NCBI GenBank assembly: GCA_944390035.1
Contig: CALXOP010000113.1
Location: forward strand, 1-51,216
Reading direction: 5' to 3'
DNA length: 51,216 bases
Source of the DNA: an uncultured Alphaproteobacteria bacterium
Lineage (GTDB): Bacteria > Pseudomonadota > Alphaproteobacteria > RF32 > CAG-239
Below, in pieces: positions 46,432 through 51,216 of the stretch; the stretch's first letter is position 1; every line of letters starts with the position of its first letter. A program made the position numbers and the translations under genes. The notes beneath the pieces were generated by a model that searched no databases, was not told the origin of the DNA, and was given only the letters and a program-made list of their open reading frames with translations.

Positions 46432-47161
46432 TATCCGCGTTTTGGCCACAAGTTTGGTCGGGCCCATGCATACTGCCAAAAATATGCCCTGCCAAGACTA
46501 CTGCAAATATAGTCTTGAGGGAAAAAATTTTGTGGCGGTTGTATCGGATGGAGCCGGCTCATCAAAATACGGAAAAATCGGGGCCAAAGTTATTTGCAAT
46601 ACGTTGACCGACTTGCTCCCTAATGCCGACTTTAGCAATGCCAAAGAAGCCGTTGTTAAAGCAATTATGATTGCACGCAACAAATTACTCAGACATCGCC
46701 TCAACAAGACTAAAAACGAGGCCGGATTGGTGGATTTTGCCGCAACTTTGGTTGGCGTGATTTATTGCAGAAATAAAGGCTTGTTTTTTCATATCGGTGA
46801 CGGGGCGGCTTTGGCTTTTCATCAGGATAATTTTGAGCATTTTACCGCCTCGCGTCCCGAAAACGGAAAGTTTTCTTGCGAAACTTATTTTTATACCATG
46901 GATGATTGGAAAGACAGCCTGCGCTTTACCAGCTTTGATAAGGCTCATACCTTGTTTTTGATGAGTGACGGGCTTACAAATTTCTCTTTTTCTAAAGACT
47001 ATAGCCATATTGAGAAAAATTTTATTGTGCCGATTGATAATTTTTTGAGCAATGCCACCAACAAACGAAAAGCCAAAAAAGCGCTGGAAAATACGCTGAA
47101 CAATGCTAAAGCGCGCAAGCTCAACTCCGATGATAAAACTTTGTTGTGGGTGAAACTGTGA
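46418..47161 (+). CDS. PP2C-family (PP2C_2-like) protein phosphatase
   Basis: ..PCQDY..VAVVSDGAGSSKYGKIGA..FHIGDGAA..FLMSDGL.. The ATG at 46418 overlaps the end of the vWA gene. The listed start is 46382. Confidence 0.8.
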   Translation: MKTSNIRVLATSLVGPMHTAKNMPCQDYCKYSLEGKNFVAVVSDGAGSSKYGKIGAKVICNTLTDLLPNADFSNAKEAVVKAIMIARNKLLRHRLNKTKNEAGLVDFAATLVGVIYCRNKGLFFHIGDGAALAFHQDNFEHFTASRPENGKFSCETYFYTMDDWKDSLRFTSFDKAHTLFLMSDGLTNFSFSKDYSHIEKNFIVPIDNFLSNATNKRKAKKALENTLNNAKARKLNSDDKTLLWVKL

Positions 47162-48627
47162 TGGATAGCGAGAGTTCTTTGATTTATAATGCCATTTACG
47201 GAGACGGGCACTTTGAAAAAGTGCAGCTTGGAGAGCTCATTAACAAAGGCGGAGCCGCCGGAAAAATTTATATGGATGCCTCGCACCCCGGAAGTGTGGC
47301 AAAAATCTTTCATAACCGCAACAAGAGTGCCACAAACCGCAAAAAACTGGAGGCTATGCTCCTCAACCGCCCGAACTTTCCTAGGATGACCAAAGACGAA
47401 AACGGCGTGGAACGCGTTCAAATTGCGTGGCCGGACGCTATTTTGGAAGATGAAAACGGGTTTTGCGTCGGTTACCTGATGCCGATGATTAACATGAGCG
47501 AGGCGGTGTCCTTAGACCACCTCATGCAAAAGGCTATTCGCACAAAATTAGAATTGCCCGAAAGCTATGCTTATCGCATTTTTGCCGCTTATAATGTTGC
47601 GGCAATGGTGGCAGCCATGCACAAATGCGGGCACTATATTGTAGATTTGAAACCTTCTAATGTTTCGGTTTATAAAGACACCATGACCGTGGCAATGGTG
47701 GATTGCGACGGATTTTCAATCAGAGGTGAAAACAACAATCGGTATCCGGCCGAATTTGTGAGTGAAGAATATATTTATCCCGAAGGCATGGATTTAGGAT
47801 GCGAAGAAATGGGCGAAGAGCAAGATAAATTTGCTTTGGCGGTTATCATCTTCAAATTACTCAATAACGGTATTCATCCTTTCTCGGGAATTCCACGCAA
47901 AAATGACGGGGAAATGCTCACAATTCAAAACCGAATCGAGGAATATCACTATGCTTACGGTTTGTGGCCGGATACATATCAAGCCCCTCACCCTTACTCT
48001 ATTCATGAATATTTTGATAAGAAGACGTTGGAATTATTTGAAAGAGCCTTCGTAAAGGGGGAAGTTCGCCCCTCAGCCAAAGAGTGGCAAGAACATTTGT
48101 GGGCATTGATGCACAACCTTAAACCCTGCAAAAAAAATCCTAATCACTTTTATTTTACGGCTAAAGGCTGCGGTTTATGCGTGGCCGAAGAAAAATTCAA
48201 GGGAACGCTCAACAACGTCAAAAAACAAGCGCAAACGCCGCAAATGGTTAGAGGTATGGAAATCTCAACCCTGTCGGTTGAACATTTGCAAAAAGACAAA
48301 GCCGAAAAGCTACAGCTTAACCATAAGCTCAATCGAATTGCCGCCGGCGGAATTGCGGTGTATTTGCTCTTTTTTGCTTTGTTGTACCCCATGCTTGCAC
48401 CGATTGAAAAAAATATTCAGGCCATGGGGCTTGGTATTCAAGCAATAGTTACTACATTTCTTATGCTGGGAATTAACAGCGCATTGCACCTTTTGGAGCC
48501 CAAATTTCCTTTGTTGCAAAACAAAGCTCTGACCCAGATGTTGCAAGTTTATGCCTTTATTTGCATTTTGATTGTGCTGGTCTCTTTGAACAATTTGCCT
48601 GAGGGAATTTTCAGCTTGGCCTTGTAG
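47161..48627 (+). CDS. Ser/Thr protein kinase-like protein with Cys motif and C-terminal TM helices
   Basis: Gly-loop GGAAGKIY, catalytic-Lys context VAKIFH, catalytic loop VDLKPSNV, DFG-equivalent VDCDGF. CKKNPNHFYFTAKGCGLC follows. Three hydrophobic helices sit at the C-terminus. The start overlaps the PP2C stop (TGATG). Confidence 0.8.
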   Translation: MDSESSLIYNAIYGDGHFEKVQLGELINKGGAAGKIYMDASHPGSVAKIFHNRNKSATNRKKLEAMLLNRPNFPRMTKDENGVERVQIAWPDAILEDENGFCVGYLMPMINMSEAVSLDHLMQKAIRTKLELPESYAYRIFAAYNVAAMVAAMHKCGHYIVDLKPSNVSVYKDTMTVAMVDCDGFSIRGENNNRYPAEFVSEEYIYPEGMDLGCEEMGEEQDKFALAVIIFKLLNNGIHPFSGIPRKNDGEMLTIQNRIEEYHYAYGLWPDTYQAPHPYSIHEYFDKKTLELFERAFVKGEVRPSAKEWQEHLWALMHNLKPCKKNPNHFYFTAKGCGLCVAEEKFKGTLNNVKKQAQTPQMVRGMEISTLSVEHLQKDKAEKLQLNHKLNRIAAGGIAVYLLFFALLYPMLAPIEKNIQAMGLGIQAIVTTFLMLGINSALHLLEPKFPLLQNKALTQMLQVYAFICILIVLVSLNNLPEGIFSLAL

Positions 48628-48753
48628 GCGAAAAATTTTCTCACAAACATGAATTGTTTTGAGATTTTTCTCCACAAAATAAAATTTTTGTGTTATAGAG
48701 ATAGCAAAGTGAATTTTTTAAGGAATAAAAGGTTGATTAAGTTAAATCCCATA

Positions 48754-50121
48754 ATGATTTCAGGTAAAGAGGTTCTTCCTCTGGTTGAGGGCGGAAAAGG
48801 CATTAACGGAAGTGACGGTCGCAGCTGCGGCGCTTGGGCTCACGAAAATTGTGTCGGTACCTTCTCCGGCGTCAGCCCTGATTTTTATGACGAAAACGGC
48901 AATGTCGTTGTTGAACGAATCTTTCAGAAAAAACGCGCCGACAGACACGAACAAATGATTGAATATGCCATTAAAGGCGGTGTGGCTCAGGCACAGATTG
49001 CACACGAAATCTCCGGCGGAAACGGTCGTATTCACATGAATATGCTCTGGGAAATGGCTGATTCAGAGAAGATTTTGACCGGTGTTTTGGAAAGAGCCAA
49101 GGGTTTGGTTCACGGTGTTACCTGTGGTGCCGGTTTGCCTTATCATTTGGGAGAGCTGGCCTCTAAGTTCGGGGTTTACTACTATCCGATTGTTTCTTCG
49201 GCCAGAGCTTTTCAAGTTTTGTGGAAACGCGCTTATTCCAATTTTAGAGAATTTTTAGGCGGCGTGGTTTATGAAGACCCATGGCTTGCCGGCGGGCACA
49301 ACGGTTTGTCAAATGCCGAAGACCCTACCAAGCCGCAAAGACCGTATGAACGTTTGGTTGAGCTCAGAAAAACCTTGCGTAATTTGGGTTTGGAAGAGAC
49401 ACCGATTATTTTGGCCGGCGGCGTTTGGTCATTAAAAGAGTGGGAAGATTATATTGATAATCCCGATATTGGTAAAATCGCATTCCAATTCGGTACACGC
49501 CCGATGATTACCAAAGAAAGCCCTATCAGCGATGCTTGGAAAAAGCTCATGCTGCACCTGAAAAAAGGTGATGTGATTTTGCAAAGATTCAGCCCGACGG
49601 GTTTCTTCTCTTCGGCAATCAAAAATACATTTTTGGAAAATTTGATTCGCCGCAAAGAAGGTGAAATTGCGTTCAAAACCGAAGCCGACAATGAGTTTTC
49701 TCATCCTTTGGAAATGAGCAGCATTAAGACCGTTTATATTAAGCCTGAAGATGTTAATAAGGCTGAGCGTCAAATCAGTGCCGGTTACACCGAAATTAAG
49801 GAAACACCTGACAGTACGGTGGTCTTTTTAACGCCTCAAGAGTGGAAACAAATGCAACAAGACAGAGCCGAATGCGTTGGCTGTTTGTCGCAATGCCAAT
49901 TCTCTACTTGGTCAAGAGCACACGGCACGACCGGAAAAATTCCTGACCCGAGATCTTATTGCATTCACAAAACTTTGTATGATGTCGGACATAACGGCAG
50001 CATCAAAGATAATCTTTTGTTTGCCGGACATCAGGTCTATCGTTTTGCTACCGACCCGTTATATAGAGACGGAATTCCCTCGGTTAAGGAATTGATTGAA
50101 AAAATTAAGTCCGGTGACTAG
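48754..50121 (+). CDS. Nitronate monooxygenase / NPD-family FMN oxidoreductase (long form)
   Basis: ..LPLVEGGKGINGS.., ..GVTCGAGLP.., ..IILAGGVW.. and ..FQFGTRPM.. fit a TIM-barrel flavoprotein. There is a C-terminal Cys cluster CVGCLSQC. The start is uncertain: the listed ATG is 48649, and I prefer the ATG at 48754 (MISGKEVLPL). Confidence 0.65.
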   Translation: MISGKEVLPLVEGGKGINGSDGRSCGAWAHENCVGTFSGVSPDFYDENGNVVVERIFQKKRADRHEQMIEYAIKGGVAQAQIAHEISGGNGRIHMNMLWEMADSEKILTGVLERAKGLVHGVTCGAGLPYHLGELASKFGVYYYPIVSSARAFQVLWKRAYSNFREFLGGVVYEDPWLAGGHNGLSNAEDPTKPQRPYERLVELRKTLRNLGLEETPIILAGGVWSLKEWEDYIDNPDIGKIAFQFGTRPMITKESPISDAWKKLMLHLKKGDVILQRFSPTGFFSSAIKNTFLENLIRRKEGEIAFKTEADNEFSHPLEMSSIKTVYIKPEDVNKAERQISAGYTEIKETPDSTVVFLTPQEWKQMQQDRAECVGCLSQCQFSTWSRAHGTTGKIPDPRSYCIHKTLYDVGHNGSIKDNLLFAGHQVYRFATDPLYRDGIPSVKELIEKIKSGD

Positions 50122-50130
50122 AAAAAATTT

Positions 50131-50158
50131 AACCCCGCTTTTTAGCGGGGTTTGTTTT
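50131..50158 (+). terminator. Intrinsic terminator
   Basis: Stem AACCCCGC / GCGGGGTT with a T-rich loop, followed by TGTTTT. It begins 10 nt after the stop at 50121. Confidence 0.7.
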
Positions 50159-50169
50159 ATGCGTTTACT

Positions 50170-50553
50170 TTATGCGTGAGGTGCTAATTGAGGCGGAATA
50201 ATCTCTATCCAATAGCCATCAGGGTCTTCAATAAAATAAATTCCCATTGCCTCGTTGACAAAACAAATACAGCCCATGGCTTCGTGTTTGGCCTTGGCGG
50301 CGGCAAAATCTTGGGTCACAAGTGCTAAGTGAAACTCACATTCCCCTAAGTCATATTTTTGCGGATGTGAGGGCAAATATGTCAGCTCCAACTCAAAGTT
50401 GGTTTGACCATCGGTTAAATAAACGATTGTATAGCTGTTATCTTCAGCTTGAATGCGACGTTTTTCTTTGAGACCAAGAGCTTTATCATAAAAGGCTAAA
50501 CTCTTTTGCAGGTCTGAGACATTAAAATTAAAATGTGTAAATTGAAAAGCCAT
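50170..50553 (-). CDS. gloA: Glyoxalase I / VOC-family lyase
   Basis: 127 aa. FTHFNFNV, ELELTY, FHLAL and DPDGYWIEII place His/Glu/His/Glu at the positions of the GloA metal ligands. AGGAGG SD sequence upstream. Candidate promoter TTGCAT - 16 nt - TATTAT on the minus strand at about 50570-50605. Confidence 0.7.
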   Translation of the reverse strand: MAFQFTHFNFNVSDLQKSLAFYDKALGLKEKRRIQAEDNSYTIVYLTDGQTNFELELTYLPSHPQKYDLGECEFHLALVTQDFAAAKAKHEAMGCICFVNEAMGIYFIEDPDGYWIEIIPPQLAPHA

Positions 50554-50613
50554 ACTATCCTCCTTGTCGGCTCTTTATAATAAATAAAAAATCTTTATAT
50601 GCAAGCAAAGAGA

Positions 50614-51216
50614 ATTGGCGTCCTCTCGGACACAAAAAAAGCACCCTTGAGGGTGCTAATGGCGTGCCTAAGAGGACTTCGCTGAGTTCGATTTGTAACA
50701 ATTGCTTGGTATGCCTTGCAGCATAGTCGCGATTTAACAAATCTTCACCTGTCGTTAAAATTGCTCATTACTTTGAGCAATTTTTGCCTCCAGCCTCCCG
50801 GTTCGAGTCCTCTCGGACACAAAAAAAGCACCCTTGAGGGTGCTAATGGCGTGCCTAAGGACTTCGCTGAGTTCGATTTGTAACAATTGCTTGGTATGCC
50901 TCGCAGCATAGTCGCAATTTAACAAATCTTCACCTGTCGTTAAAATTGCTCATTACTTTGAGCAATTTTTGCCTCCAAGCCTCCCGGTTCGAGTCCTCTA
51001 AAAAAAAAAAAAAAGCACCCTTAACGGTGCTATGGCGTGCCAAAGAGGACTTCGCTGAGTTCGATTTGTAACAATTGCTTGATATGCCTCACAGCATAGT
51101 CGCAATTTAACAAATCTTCACCTGTCGTTAAAATTGCTCATTACTTTGAGCAATTTTTGCCTCCAGCCTCCCGGTTCGAGTCCTCTCGGACACAAAAAAA
51201 GCACCCTTGAGGGTGC
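50614..51216. repeat. Tandem array of ~187-bp units (3 full copies plus start of a 4th), running off the contig end
   Basis: TCCTCT(CGGACAC)A(n)GCACCC starts at 50621, 50808, 50994 and 51181, giving periods of 187, 186 and 187. The units are about 95% identical by eye, with small indels. Copy 3 has an A15 run in place of CGGACACAAAAAAA. Confidence 0.9.
50634..50820 (-). ncRNA. Candidate structured small RNA (one unit of the tandem array; further units at ~50821-50998 and ~50999-51193)
   Basis: On the minus strand each unit has an 8-bp closing helix (AGAGGACT 50671-50678 pairs with AGTCCTCT 50806-50813). It also has an inner hairpin (ATTGCTCA-6 nt-TGAGCAAT, 50760-50781). It ends with GCACCC-TCAA-GGGTGC plus U7 (50634-50656). 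There is no credible ORF. Confidence 0.3.

Noticed and set aside
50555-50740. 61-aa minus-strand ORF
   Set aside because: It lies across the gloA promoter region and the first repeat unit, including its terminator hairpin. It has no SD sequence, and its content is dictated by the repeat.
50791-50820. tRNA/tmRNA 3' fragment suggested by GGTTCGAGTCC (T-loop-like) in each repeat unit
   Set aside because: The flanking bases cannot form a 5-bp T-stem; only the GG/CC pairs form. I could trace no acceptor stem, anticodon arm or D-arm upstream. The motif recurs as part of the tandem unit. At most it is a decayed relic.
50614-51216. CRISPR array
   Set aside because: The whole 187-bp period is conserved between copies and there are no unique spacers. 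The unit is far longer than a CRISPR repeat, and no cas genes are present in the window.

Overview
The window appears to be a whole draft contig. Nt 1-55 resemble an error-ridden Illumina adapter, and both ends fall inside tandem repeats. The host is a moderately AT-rich proteobacterium.

Most of the window is envelope machinery in two adjacent blocks:

(1) A ~29 kb minus-strand VirB-type type IV secretion system (T4SS) spans 3.4-32.6 kb. Recognisable genes are virB11, virB10, virB9, virB8, a virB7-like lipoprotein, a second virB8, virB4, virB3 and three VirB2-like genes. The order virB8-virB7-virB8-virB9-virB10-virB11 resembles the Rickettsiales rvh arrangement. The locus is highly derived:
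- VirB10 is about 1540 aa, with a ~1100-aa G-x-V-x-D-x-N-G-N-V-I-G type repeat region.
- A ~1300-aa bitopic protein built from the same repeat sits between virB9 and virB10.
- VirB9 ends in a SPOR-like domain.
- Four secreted coiled-coil proteins (261-1537 aa) occupy the VirB5/VirB6 position.
- One VirB2-like hairpin is embedded in the middle of an 1128-aa protein.
- No VirB1, polytopic VirB6, VirD4, relaxase or integrase is visible.

(2) A plus-strand R64/PilL-PilS-like type IVb pilus cluster spans 32.9-44.5 kb. It has a TcpQ/PilL-like lipoprotein, a PilN secretin lipoprotein, PilO-like and PilP-like proteins, a GspE-type ATPase, a GspF-type platform protein, an atypical pilin-like protein and a PilT-type ATPase. 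A second, short secretin-like lipoprotein lies on the far side of the T4SS (1.4-2.6 kb).

The right arm carries gpt, a TlpA-like thioredoxin, an unlisted 44-aa lipoprotein, a vWA/PP2C/Ser-Thr-kinase triad (TerY-P-like), a nitronate-monooxygenase-family flavoprotein and a glyoxalase I. It ends in a tandem array of at least 3 structured 187-bp units, each closed by a hairpin plus U-run on the minus strand (candidate sRNA array).

All functional calls come from motif and architecture reading by eye; no searches were run.
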